IMG/VR virus record: IMGVR_UViG_3300004093_000003
DNA from: a virus
Length of the DNA: 64,000 bases
Direction: 5' to 3' (one strand)
Each line of letters begins with the position of its first letter. Position 1 is the first letter of the stretch. Shown in pieces: positions 55,748-64,000 of the stretch. A model generated the notes under the pieces. It made no database searches. It was given only the letters and a program-made list of their open reading frames with translations, and was not told the DNA's origin. Made by a program: the position numbers and the translations under genes.

Positions 55748-56292
55748 CAGCTTATCCTCCGGGCCGATATGAACGTCGCCGTGTTCAGCGCGCCGCCATA
55801 GCCTTGCGAGTAGGCGACGCACCACACGTCGTTTCCCGAGCCTCGCAAGGTAAAAATAGTGGGGCCGCCCAGCGTGACGACCGCTCGGCAGATAGAGGTG
55901 ACGGGCCAGTTGGAGACGCCCCACCCCATGACGCCGCCGCCATTTGCCACAACCGACGTGCCGTCATGGATGGAGACGCCGACGACGGTTTGGGTGCTGT
56001 TGGCGTCACCGATCAGCCCGACGCCGGTGATCTCCCACTTCTGTCCGGCCGCGCCAATGCTGCCGGTGTTGCAGAGGTTGACGGTGCCGATGCCAATGAT
56101 GGTGTTCGACGCCATGTAGACGGTCAGGTCGGCGGCGGAGACCGTCGGCGGGAAGTTGATGGCATTCGTCAGGTCGACAGGCGGTGCGACCGCGCCGTTG
56201 TAGGCGCGGATCAGCGCATTCACCCGCTCGGTGATCGATCGGACGTCGGCGTTCGACGGCAGCGCCGGAAGAGCGGAGGCTGTCGTCGTCAT
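55747..56292 (-). CDS. Tail needle/knob-like protein
   Basis: N-terminal helix (VRSITERVNALI) followed by a beta-rich domain; follows the tail stabilisation gene. Confidence 0.55.
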   Translation of the reverse strand: MTTTASALPALPSNADVRSITERVNALIRAYNGAVAPPVDLTNAINFPPTVSAADLTVYMASNTIIGIGTVNLCNTGSIGAAGQKWEITGVGLIGDANSTQTVVGVSIHDGTSVVANGGGVMGWGVSNWPVTSICRAVVTLGGPTIFTLRGSGNDVWCVAYSQGYGGALNTATFISARRIS

Positions 56293-57989
56293 TGCGCACC
56301 CGCCGGGCGGACGTCGAGATCGTCGATGCCCTGCATGTTCGACCAGACTGCACCGGCCGGCATCGTCGCCTTGGCGCGGAAGTAGCGGCCGCTGCCGTAG
56401 ATCGGCGCCAGGCCGGCGGATGTGAGGCCGACGGCGCTGCCATAGCTCACGCTGGACTGCTGCGTTTCGCGGCTGCCGAGCTGGATCTGCGGCGAGCCGC
56501 CATCGATCAGTGGTCGGCAGCCGCGGATCACGGATCGCCGGCCCGATTCGCCAGGATTGAATTCGCCCGTTTCGATGGCCGCGGCCAGCGTCGAGCCCGA
56601 GAACGACCCGCTCCTGTGGTTGGCGTCGAAGCCGAACAGCAGGAGCGACAGCACGCCCGTCCAGTAGGAGCTGTCGAGCGAATAGGGCAGCCCCTCCAGG
56701 CCTGCGCCGCCGGTGAAGGCGTCGAGCTGCTCGAGCGTATAGCCCTGCTGGCTCACACCGCCGTAAATGAGCTCGACCGAGAGGATGGCCCTGCTCCACC
56801 GTTCGGTGCGCCAGTTGTAGATCAGCAGCCGGTTGGGATTGCCGTCGCTGCTGGTGAGCGACGGATAGGCGAAGACGTAGAGCCCGCGCACCGGATCGAT
56901 CGCCGCCGAGCTGCGGAAGTGGCTCGCTTCATCGAATTCGGCCCAGAAGGTGCGGTCGACCTTGCCGCGGCCGATCGGCTTGATCGCCTGGGCTCCCTGG
57001 ATCATGTGGAAGCCCGACTTGTGCAGGAAGAACGCGACGTCGAGCACGCTCGCCACGCTGTTCGGCACGCTGCAGCCGAGATCGTTGGCGATCTTGTCGA
57101 TACGGAAAACGATCGGCGTGCCTTCATAGGTCAGGCGCCGGATGGCGGTTTCCTGGAGGACGATGCCCACCTCACCGCCGACCAGGCCTGTGACGTTGCC
57201 GCCATCGGGCAGGTCCTGGAAGTCGGCCTGTGTCGTGGGGCTCGATCCCCAGGTCTCGCAGTTGTTGAGGCCGGACCACTGGATGCGCTGCGGCGTGCTG
57301 CCGATCTTGCCCATCAGCAGGAAGTCGCGGACGGTGGTGATGAAGGTGCCGATCGGTGGTGAGCCGCCGAGATCGGCGAAGTTGGTGCCCGTGCCGAGGT
57401 CGAACTTCTGCGGCGGGTCGACGCCATTGATCGCGATCGCAAGCGAGCCGAACTGGGTGAACCGCCAGTTGCTGTCGCCGCTGAGCGCGTAAATCGTGGC
57501 CTTCTGCGCCGTGCCGCCGGAGCTGTAGGCGGTATAGCCGCTCGTGTTCACGCCGATCGTGAAGTTGTTGGCGTCGACGACCGTCACGGTGAAGAACACG
57601 TTGTTCACCTGCGTCATGCCGACCACGCCGGAGACGTAGATCGTGTCGCCGTTGCTGTAGCCGTGCGCCGCGGCCGTCACCTTGCCCGGGTTCGCCTGGG
57701 TGATGGCCGTGATCGTCTTGCCCGCGGCGAGCTTCGGCACCGGTGTCCAGGTCGTGCCCGAGAGCAGATAGAGCTTCGTGGCGTCGCCGGCGAACATCTT
57801 GGTCGAGCCGGCAGTCCCACGGAACCAGGCCGCACCCTGAGCTCGGGCGGCGAGCGCATTCGACACGCTGGATAGCGCGTTGAGCGGGACATAACTCTCC
57901 TCGGCCGGGACCACGTTCTCGGCGGTGCGCGCCCATTGACTGAGAGCCGGCATGTCGGGGCGCCACTCGGCGAAGGGAATGACCGTCAT
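56289..57989 (-). CDS. Podovirus tail tube/stabilisation protein (P22 gp10/T7 gp12-like) with E1-FCCH-like insert
   Basis: IPFAEWRPD, WRFTQFG, IQWSGLNN.ETW and LIYNW motifs. Confidence 0.8.
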   Translation of the reverse strand: MTVIPFAEWRPDMPALSQWARTAENVVPAEESYVPLNALSSVSNALAARAQGAAWFRGTAGSTKMFAGDATKLYLLSGTTWTPVPKLAAGKTITAITQANPGKVTAAAHGYSNGDTIYVSGVVGMTQVNNVFFTVTVVDANNFTIGVNTSGYTAYSSGGTAQKATIYALSGDSNWRFTQFGSLAIAINGVDPPQKFDLGTGTNFADLGGSPPIGTFITTVRDFLLMGKIGSTPQRIQWSGLNNCETWGSSPTTQADFQDLPDGGNVTGLVGGEVGIVLQETAIRRLTYEGTPIVFRIDKIANDLGCSVPNSVASVLDVAFFLHKSGFHMIQGAQAIKPIGRGKVDRTFWAEFDEASHFRSSAAIDPVRGLYVFAYPSLTSSDGNPNRLLIYNWRTERWSRAILSVELIYGGVSQQGYTLEQLDAFTGGAGLEGLPYSLDSSYWTGVLSLLLFGFDANHRSGSFSGSTLAAAIETGEFNPGESGRRSVIRGCRPLIDGGSPQIQLGSRETQQSSVSYGSAVGLTSAGLAPIYGSGRYFRAKATMPAGAVWSNMQGIDDLDVRPAGAQ

Positions 57990-58651
57990 GGCGTCATGCC
58001 TCCGCGAACGCGGATCACAGGTGCTGCGGAGGCCGTGATGCGCTGGGTGCGCGCGTTCAGGCCGGCGACGCTGGCGTTGTAGAGCTGCAGGTAGCGTTGG
58101 GCGGCGAACTCGTCCTGCGTGAAGATCGCCGCTTCGATCAGGCAGCCGAAGAGATAGACGTCGGGATAGTTCGTCAGGATGAGGTTCGCCGTGGCGCCGG
58201 TCGGCGTCGCGAGCTTCTGGTAGTAGCGCAAGGTCGCGGTCGCGCCGGCCGGATCGTCCTTCACGCGGAAGTTCGTGCCGGAGACGGCGATCTTGGCGAC
58301 CTGTCCCAGGCTTTGCGCGCCGTAGGCATCGAGCGTGCGCTGGCTCACGATCTGCAGCAGCGCGACCGGGCTGTTGAGCAGGACGCTGATCAACTCGACG
58401 AAGGCTGCCGGCTGGGCCACCGTCGCCTGGAGGACGAAGGCTGGGTCGGCCGTCTCCATCTCGACGATGCGCAGCGGATCGGACCGCAGCGGATTGCCCG
58501 GGTCCTCGGTCGCGTGGCCGTAATAGATGCGGCGTTCGCAGCCCAGTAGGAAGTCGTCGAAGCGGGAGTCCAGCAGGGCGTCGCCGGTGCGGGCCAGCCA
58601 GGCGAGCATGCCCGCCTTGAGGCCAGCGTAGGTGGTGATCTGCGCAGCCAT
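57986..58651 (-). CDS. Head-tail adaptor
   Basis: ITTYAGLK..LAWL.R; YY.KL..N.ILTNYPDVYLFG.L. Confidence 0.78.
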   Translation of the reverse strand: MAAQITTYAGLKAGMLAWLARTGDALLDSRFDDFLLGCERRIYYGHATEDPGNPLRSDPLRIVEMETADPAFVLQATVAQPAAFVELISVLLNSPVALLQIVSQRTLDAYGAQSLGQVAKIAVSGTNFRVKDDPAGATATLRYYQKLATPTGATANLILTNYPDVYLFGCLIEAAIFTQDEFAAQRYLQLYNASVAGLNARTQRITASAAPVIRVRGGMTP

Positions 58652-58679
58652 CAGGACGCGCTCCTTGCCATGAGCGTCT

Positions 58680-58763
58680 TTGCCGGGAGCGCGCCACTCC
58701 AGTGGCGCTCTTCTCCCTCCTGGACACCCCATGAGCGACACTGGAGTGGCGCGCTCCCGGCAA
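58680..58763. repeat. Perfect 25-bp inverted repeat (REPIN-like doublet)
   Basis: TTGCCGGGAGCGCGCCACTCCAGTG (58680-58704) and its reverse complement (58739-58763); each arm has an internal GCGCCAC-TCCA-GTG(G/T)CGC hairpin. Confidence 0.8.
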
Positions 58764-58769
58764 TGAGGG

Positions 58770-59093
58770 TCATACCGTCCCTCCATCCGTGCGCAGCCAG
58801 CGCCAGTCGGAGCTGTTCAGCAGCTCGTCGACCTTGTCCTGGTGATCAGGGTTCCAGTAATCGACGCCGAGCTCGTTGCGCCACTTGGCGATGATGATGA
58901 GCGGAATGCGCGCCACCATGCGCACGTCGCGCGCGGCGTTGTAGGGGTCGCAGTGGTTCTGGGCCTCGCGGTTGAGGTCGAGCAGCGCCTCGGTGCGTTG
59001 GCTCGCCTTCTGCGCCCAGTTGCCCTCGCCGTCCTCCAGCCACCACTGCGCGAGGCCAGTGGTGGGATCGAAGCCGAGCAGACGCGGGCTCAC
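58770..59093 (-). CDS. Hypothetical virion-module protein
   Basis: VARIP..I..W..; L.N..W..LRT pattern, typical after podophage capsid genes. Confidence 0.65.
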   Translation of the reverse strand: MSPRLLGFDPTTGLAQWWLEDGEGNWAQKASQRTEALLDLNREAQNHCDPYNAARDVRMVARIPLIIIAKWRNELGVDYWNPDHQDKVDELLNSSDWRWLRTDGGTV

Positions 59094-59305
59094 GACCGCA
59101 CCTCCGCCTGGCCGCGATCGGTGAGGAACTGTGCAAGGTCGGCAGGCACCTGCAATTCGGTGCCCTGCAAAACCTTAGATGTGAAAACGTTAGATGCCGG
59201 CCAGGCCGTTACAACATTTTCCTCCGGGCCGACCGGCAGGTAGACGTGGTCCACCGTGATGACGACGATGGTCATCGCGATGGCTGGATTGGATTTGCGT
59301 GCCAT
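59090..59305 (-). CDS. Small hypothetical protein
   Basis: AAGGA SD; coupled ORF. Confidence 0.55.
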   Translation of the reverse strand: MARKSNPAIAMTIVVITVDHVYLPVGPEENVVTAWPASNVFTSKVLQGTELQVPADLAQFLTDRGQAEVRS

Positions 59306-59307
59306 GA

Positions 59308-59333
59308 GAGATCCTTCGCTTCGCTCAGGATGG
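59308..59333. repeat. Half REP-like element
   Basis: GAGATCCTTCGCTTCGCTCAGGATG, resembling a widespread bacterial palindromic repeat. Confidence 0.5.
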
Positions 59334-60284
59334 CTACGCCAGGTCCGCCAAGATGCCGCTGCCGCCCTCGTTGCGGCTTTCCAGCGTTACCTCGCCGACG
59401 ATGTGGAACTTGCGGGAGTCGCCGGTCTTGGCGAGCTCCTCCTTCTTCCACTTGCGCAGCCACAGCAGGCGCCACAGCGAGGGATCGATGACCTCGATCT
59501 CGCGGCCACGGACGAAGCGGCTGGCCATGGCGTTGAAGGTGCCGAAGTCGGACACGTAGCGATCGACGGCGCCGATCACGGTCGCGGCCTTGCCCTTGGG
59601 CTCCTGGTACTGGGTGGCGATGCCGGTGAAGGCCGAGAAGGCCTGCTTCTGCGACGCGCCCATCAGGAGGATCGTGGGCTTGCCGCCGGCCGTCCACGCC
59701 GAGCGGATGACGCCCTTCAGCAGCGCCTCGGTCGAGGCGCGCTGGGTGCCGTCGGTCGGCGCCGCGGTGTTGCCGGCCGTGAAGCCGCCGGAGGCACCGC
59801 CGGCGCCGCGCGAGACGTTGCTGGTGAGCCAGCTCTCGAAGCCGCCCAGGCGGCGCGGCGTGGCGCCGGCCTGGGCGTTCGAGGCCTGGTTCTGGCAGGC
59901 TACCGCCTCGAGATCCATCTTGGCCCGCCGGCCGGCGAGCGCCGTCTGGTAGCTGATCTCGCTGTCACGGCCGGCCTTTTTCACCGCCTCCTGGGTGTTG
60001 GAGATGGTGAACGGTTTCTTGAAGATCTGCGTGCGGTTGCCCACACGCACGGTGGGCGCGATCGCCGCACCGGTGGTGTCGTCGCCTTCGAGCTGGGCAT
60101 TCGTCGTATCGGCGTTGCCGAGCTGGTCGAGCTGCCATTCCTCGTAGGTGGCATCGGCATCACCCGAGCCGATGGTGCTGACGAACGGCGTCTCGTCCTT
60201 GTTGAGGATGGAGATGATGTTGTGCAGCGATTCGCGGTTACCCACGGCGCTGTTGGTGATGAACGTGTTGGTGGGTGCAGCCAT
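59334..60284 (-). CDS. Major capsid protein (SU10/DUF5309 family)
   Basis: GNRESL..II..ETPF, EWQ.D.L, N.TQIF.K, RRLGG and YVSDFG motifs. Confidence 0.92.
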   Translation of the reverse strand: MAAPTNTFITNSAVGNRESLHNIISILNKDETPFVSTIGSGDADATYEEWQLDQLGNADTTNAQLEGDDTTGAAIAPTVRVGNRTQIFKKPFTISNTQEAVKKAGRDSEISYQTALAGRRAKMDLEAVACQNQASNAQAGATPRRLGGFESWLTSNVSRGAGGASGGFTAGNTAAPTDGTQRASTEALLKGVIRSAWTAGGKPTILLMGASQKQAFSAFTGIATQYQEPKGKAATVIGAVDRYVSDFGTFNAMASRFVRGREIEVIDPSLWRLLWLRKWKKEELAKTGDSRKFHIVGEVTLESRNEGGSGILADLA

Positions 60285-60325
60285 GCGCTGCGCTCCTCCT
60301 CCGAATGAAAGCGTGATGCGGTCTT

Positions 60326-61327
60326 CTAGAGACCGCTTAGGCGAATGAGTTCGGCCGCATCGGCGATCGAAGCTCCTCCGCTCTGCCTGAACCGCTCGCC
60401 AACTTCCCGGAGGTCCGCGCCGTTCCGGTTGCCGGGGGTGTTGCCCGGTCCGGGATCGATGCGGGTCGGTGTCGTCTTCACGGGATTCCTCCCTCCTCCG
60501 CCGCTGGCGCGGCTACGGAGGGCGCGTTGTGCGTTCTCGAAGCGCATGGCGCTCAGGGCCAGCTCGATGACCGGCGCCTCGTAGATGGCAGCGATACGGT
60601 CGGCGGGGATGCCCTTGGCAAACAGGAAGCGGCTCAGTTCGTCGTAGGTCTGCCGAGCCCGCTCGGGGCCGAAGAAGTCGGGAAGCCGCTCGGCGAGCTT
60701 GGCGTGCTCAGCCTGGCGCGCCGCCTGAAGCTTCTGCTCCTCCTGCTGGCGAGCGGCAGCGATGTCGGCCTGGCCGCGGCGATCGGCTTCGGCCAGCAGT
60801 GTTTCCTCCTGCTGGCGCTCAGCGATCAGCCGCTGCACTTCGGCCGGGTCCTTCTCGGCCAGGGCCTTCCAGTCGACGCCGGCCCATTTGTCGACGAACG
60901 CCTTCCGGAAGGCGGGTCCGTTCTGCTGCCACCAGGCAGCGGATTGCTCGACAAGGGAGGCAGCAGCCTCCTTTGCCCGCGAGGCTTCCTCCCGGGCCTC
61001 CCTCGTCTGCAGCGCCTTCTTCTGGCCATAGGCAACGCGCAGGCGCTCGTACTGGCTGAGCACGGACCGCACCCGCTCCGGCAGTTCGGCCCACATCGCC
61101 TTTTCCTCGGGACGCCAATATTCGGGCGCCTCATCGATGGATGGAGCGAGAGAGGGGTCCGGCTTCTCGTCGTCGACAGGCTCTGCCTGCTCCCCGGCAG
61201 CGGGGCGCTGCACCGCACTCTCGTCAAGAGCGGGCACGTCGACATCGTTTGCGCCTCCGACCAAGGCGGCAGCCTCGGAAACGTCGACGGTATCCGGCGT
61301 GCGATCGCTGTCAGTCTCTGCGGCCAT
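60326..61327 (-). CDS. Capsid scaffolding protein
   Basis: Acidic N-terminus, APEYW..EK, coiled coil, DWKAL..DP; upstream of the capsid gene. Confidence 0.75.
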   Translation of the reverse strand: MAAETDSDRTPDTVDVSEAAALVGGANDVDVPALDESAVQRPAAGEQAEPVDDEKPDPSLAPSIDEAPEYWRPEEKAMWAELPERVRSVLSQYERLRVAYGQKKALQTREAREEASRAKEAAASLVEQSAAWWQQNGPAFRKAFVDKWAGVDWKALAEKDPAEVQRLIAERQQEETLLAEADRRGQADIAAARQQEEQKLQAARQAEHAKLAERLPDFFGPERARQTYDELSRFLFAKGIPADRIAAIYEAPVIELALSAMRFENAQRALRSRASGGGGRNPVKTTPTRIDPGPGNTPGNRNGADLREVGERFRQSGGASIADAAELIRLSGL

Positions 61328-61628
61328 AGAGGCTCTCCTTCAGCAGGTCGCGCCGCTCCTTCAGCCGTGCGTTCGCCTCGTGCTCCTCGACCAGGGCGGC
61401 AAGCCCGGCCTTGAGCTCGGTGGCAACGCGGGCGCGGTTGTAGGCAATCTCGCGCGTCGTCATGTCGTCGGGATCGCTGGTCAGAACCTTGCGCATCTCG
61501 GCGTTCACGAAGTCATCGAACAGCCAGCCGGCACCGGCCAGCAGGTCGCGGGCGCGCTGGGTGCGCTGGTCTGACGGCGCCGAAGCGCTCTCAGTATCGT
61601 GGCAAAGGAAGGGGCCGTTCGCGGCCAT
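61311..61628 (-). CDS. Small helical protein preceding the scaffold
   Basis: D...REIAY...R pattern typical of the gene between portal and scaffold. Confidence 0.55.
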   Translation of the reverse strand: MAANGPFLCHDTESASAPSDQRTQRARDLLAGAGWLFDDFVNAEMRKVLTSDPDDMTTREIAYNRARVATELKAGLAALVEEHEANARLKERRDLLKESLYGRRD

Positions 61629-61883
61629 CGTGCCGATCCCTCATGGTGCGTGTCGGCAGGGATAACCGTTGCGGACAAAGACCAGCACGGTCCAAAGCTT
61701 AAGCACAACGAGCGCGTGCTTTACTTTGAAGGGCCGAGCGGAAATCGCGGCGAGATGTCAATTCGCGAGATAGACGGCGAACTGAGGATACAGCTCTTTA
61801 ACCTGGGCAACGCCGTGGTTGTGTGCCCCGAGGCGAACTACCAATCGACAGCCGCCAAGCGTGAGGCAGCCAAATCAAACTGA
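61599..61883 (+). CDS. Hypothetical protein, lower GC, opposite strand
   Basis: ORF; start uncertain. Confidence 0.45.
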   Translation: MAKEGAVRGHRADPSWCVSAGITVADKDQHGPKLKHNERVLYFEGPSGNRGEMSIREIDGELRIQLFNLGNAVVVCPEANYQSTAAKREAAKSN

Positions 61884-62006
61884 CCCAATACCGATGCCGA
61901 ACTCGAACAGCTGATGCCGCTGGTGCGGCGTAGCGATCATGGCCGCCAGGAGCGCCGATCCTGGCGACCGCTTCGAAATTGTAAGGTTGATCGAAGCAGT
62001 CGTAGA

Positions 62007-62330
62007 TCACCGGCGGCCGAGACGTATCATCCGCGTGCGGGTAAGCGGCGCAGACCAGCCGTTGAAGCGCGGCGCTTCCAGCCCCAAAGCGGCGCGGCGG
62101 TCGCTAATCGTCTTCACCTTGAAGCGCATGCCGATCTGGGCGGCGATCAGGTCCGCCAGTTCGGCATTGGTGTGTCGGTCGGCGAGGCTTTTCAGCAGCT
62201 CGGCACATCGACTGTCCCAGAGGGGTCGGCGGCCGGCCCTTTCGAGGTCCTGGGCCGAAAAACAGGGCAAAGCACCGGGGATTGTCGGTGCGGTAAATAC
62301 ACAGGGAAAATACGCACTGGACATATCCAT
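62007..62330 (-). CDS. HTH protein (GcrA N-domain/Cro-like), divergent from the repressor
   Basis: WD...ELL..L..TNAELADLI..G..TISDRR..LGL. Confidence 0.5.
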   Translation of the reverse strand: MDMSSAYFPCVFTAPTIPGALPCFSAQDLERAGRRPLWDSRCAELLKSLADRHTNAELADLIAAQIGMRFKVKTISDRRAALGLEAPRFNGWSAPLTRTRMIRLGRR

Positions 62331-62410
62331 AACTTGACATTACGCAAGTCACCTGTCAACATCATAGTTATCAACCAATGACAGCAGTGCAGTCGTCCGA
62401 CGAGGCTTCC

Positions 62411-63115
62411 ATGAGCACACTAGGAGAGCGAGTCAAAGGAGAGCGTGAGGCCAAGGGCTGGTCGCAGGCCGAGCTGGCGCGGCGCGTCACGCGCGCGGGC
62501 TATTCCATCACCCAGGGCGGCATCGCCCAAATCGAGCGGCGCGGCGATACCGAGCCGAAATCGATCGTCCAGCTCGCCCAGGCGCTGGGCATATCGGTGC
62601 ACTGGCTGCAGAGCAATCGCGGCGACAAGACCGCAGGCTCGCTGCCGGTCATCGACGCCGACCTCAGCCTCGCGCCGATCGGCGGACGCCGGCGCGGCAT
62701 GCCGATGACGGGTGTGCGGGCGCCGTTGCAGGTCTTCTCGTCGGCCCAGGGCGGCAGCGAAGGCGCCATGGCGCTCAGCAACGAGCCGGTGGCCTGGATT
62801 CCGCGCGATTCGCGGCTCGAGGGCGTGAGCGAAGCCTACGGCTGCTTCGTGTCGGGCGATTCGATGGAGCCGGCCTACGAGCGCGGCAACCTGCTGCTGG
62901 TGAATCCGTCGGCTCCGGTCGGTCCCGGTGACGACGTGGTGCTGATGCGCGAGGAAAAGGACGGCACGCGCTATGTGCTGGTGAAGCGCCTGGTGAAGGC
63001 GAACGCCGCGAGCTGGACGGTGAAGCAATACAATCCGGCCAAGACATACACGCTGTCGCGCAAGGAATGGTCCAAGGCGCACTTGGTGATCGGCAAGTAC
63101 AACCGGACGAGCTGA
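62411..63115 (+). CDS. XRE HTH + S24 peptidase repressor
   Basis: LGERVK.ER..GWSQAELA; GDSMEP Ser and VKRL Lys. Confidence 0.92.
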   Translation: MSTLGERVKGEREAKGWSQAELARRVTRAGYSITQGGIAQIERRGDTEPKSIVQLAQALGISVHWLQSNRGDKTAGSLPVIDADLSLAPIGGRRRGMPMTGVRAPLQVFSSAQGGSEGAMALSNEPVAWIPRDSRLEGVSEAYGCFVSGDSMEPAYERGNLLLVNPSAPVGPGDDVVLMREEKDGTRYVLVKRLVKANAASWTVKQYNPAKTYTLSRKEWSKAHLVIGKYNRTS

Positions 63116-63234
63116 CTTTCCCAGCGGCCGATGCCTGCGGTGCCGTCAGCCATGCGTGGGCGGCAAGGCGCGATGCGCCGACTGTCGTCATTTGCCAGCA
63201 GACGCAGCGCGCGACGCTTTCCTATCTGTCGCGC

Positions 63235-63792
63235 ATGGCGCGCAGGTCAAATCCGGTCAGCAACAAACGCAAACGACTGCCCTACGTGGCCAAGATCAAG
63301 CGGGATGATCCGTTCCGGCTGCAGGACGAGCGCGAGATCGCACAGGCCTGCCGGCGCATCGCCGCCGCCGGCGACTACCTGGCGCTGGCCGGCTGGCGCG
63401 AAGAATCGGGCTACCGCCTGTACCATTTCGCCACCTGGGCCAAAGCGCGCGCGATGCAGCACTGGATCGACCGCAGCGGCATCGCGCAACGTCCGATGCC
63501 CAAGCTCGGCCTCACTGCCGAGGAGAAGGCCGAGCGCGATCGCCAGGCCCTCGCCTGGGGCCTGGAGACAGGCGCGGCGCGCGAGATCCTGCAGAGCTAC
63601 CGGCGCGCGCGGGATCGCGGCGACAGTGAACTCACGTCGTTCAATGCAGCGGCAGCGACCGCGGTCGCGCTCGGCCGACCGAGAGGCGAATGCGAGAACA
63701 CGGTTCGGGTGCTGATCTCCTGGGCGATCGAGCATCGCCGCCGGTGGTTCACTGCGGACGAGGACACTGGCGGCGCCTTTGACAGGCCCTAA
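63235..63792 (+). CDS. Hypothetical protein
   Basis: 185-aa ORF. Confidence 0.55.
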   Translation: MARRSNPVSNKRKRLPYVAKIKRDDPFRLQDEREIAQACRRIAAAGDYLALAGWREESGYRLYHFATWAKARAMQHWIDRSGIAQRPMPKLGLTAEEKAERDRQALAWGLETGAAREILQSYRRARDRGDSELTSFNAAAATAVALGRPRGECENTVRVLISWAIEHRRRWFTADEDTGGAFDRP

Positions 63793-63819
63793 TTGTGGGC
63801 AGCAGCCCCCTGCCCTAAC

Positions 63820-63845
63820 AAAAAGGGCGCCCGCAGGCGCCCTTT
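63820..63845 (-). terminator. Rho-independent terminator of the host gene
   Basis: AAAGGGCGCC-CGCA-GGCGCCCTTT with a T-run on the minus strand. Confidence 0.85.
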
Positions 63846-63867
63846 CCTGATCAGCCGACGGAGCCGC

Positions 63868-64000
63868 TTATTTGATATACGGGCACTTCCCGTCCTTGAG
63901 CGGCCGGTAGGCCTCGTCCCCCGGCACGGTGGCCAAGAGCTTGTAGATGTCGTCCTTGCTCTTGGACTCCTCCGGCGACTTCACCTGGAAGAGGTACATG
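63868..64000 (-). CDS. C-terminus of an ABC transporter substrate-binding protein (branched-chain amino acid type, host gene, partial)
   Basis: MYLFQVKSPEESK..DIYKLLATVPGDEAYRPL..GKCP. Confidence 0.82.
   Translation of the reverse strand, partial: MYLFQVKSPEESKSKDDIYKLLATVPGDEAYRPLKDGKCPYIK

Larger units (their letters stand above)
51102..63115. mobile_element. Podovirus-like virion/lysis module with repressor, lacking portal, terminase and integrase
   Basis: See component CDSs. Confidence 0.8.

Noticed and set aside
56289-58786. 824-aa and 266-aa ORF calls for the tail and adaptor genes
   Set aside because: The N-terminal extensions overlap other genes; the true starts are 57989 and 58651
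61798-62010. MIYDCF N-terminus resembling GT17 glycosyltransferases
   Set aside because: Similarity is limited to six residues, and the ORF runs antisense into another gene; probably a truncated remnant
1-64000. CRISPR array, rRNA or IS element
   Set aside because: No repeat-spacer array, rRNA-like sequence or transposase found; the repeats seen are coding, iteron-like or REP-like

Overview
GC-rich DNA, probably alphaproteobacterial (inferred from gene content), and almost entirely phage-derived. (1) Positions <1 to about 47,970 hold an apparently intact temperate prophage with a lambda-type head and packaging module (cos site, Nu1/A-like terminase, W, B, C/Nu3, D, E, FII-like), a Mu-type contractile tail, two tail fibres and a GH108 lysis cassette. 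It also has a cro/cI switch with visible operators, two orphan DNA methyltransferases, an antisense hicAB module, its own initiator-type tRNA-Met, a tyrosine integrase and about 3 kb of cargo. It ends at a 3' fragment of tRNA-Arg(CCG), a probable attR; the left end is outside the window. (2) Positions 48.0-51.1 kb hold a dioxygenase / methyltransferase / dioxygenase cassette. (3) Positions 51.1-63.1 kb hold a second, podovirus-like operon: scaffold, SU10/DUF5309-type capsid, adaptor, tail, ejection-type proteins, lysin, holin and fibre, next to an XRE-S24 repressor. It has no recognisable portal, terminase, replication genes or integrase, carries REP-like palindromes and abuts a host ABC-transporter gene. 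This module is the best candidate for an undescribed system (a domesticated phage-derived particle, GTA-like element or satellite), though a decaying prophage cannot be excluded. All family assignments come from motif recognition and synteny by eye; no database searches were run.
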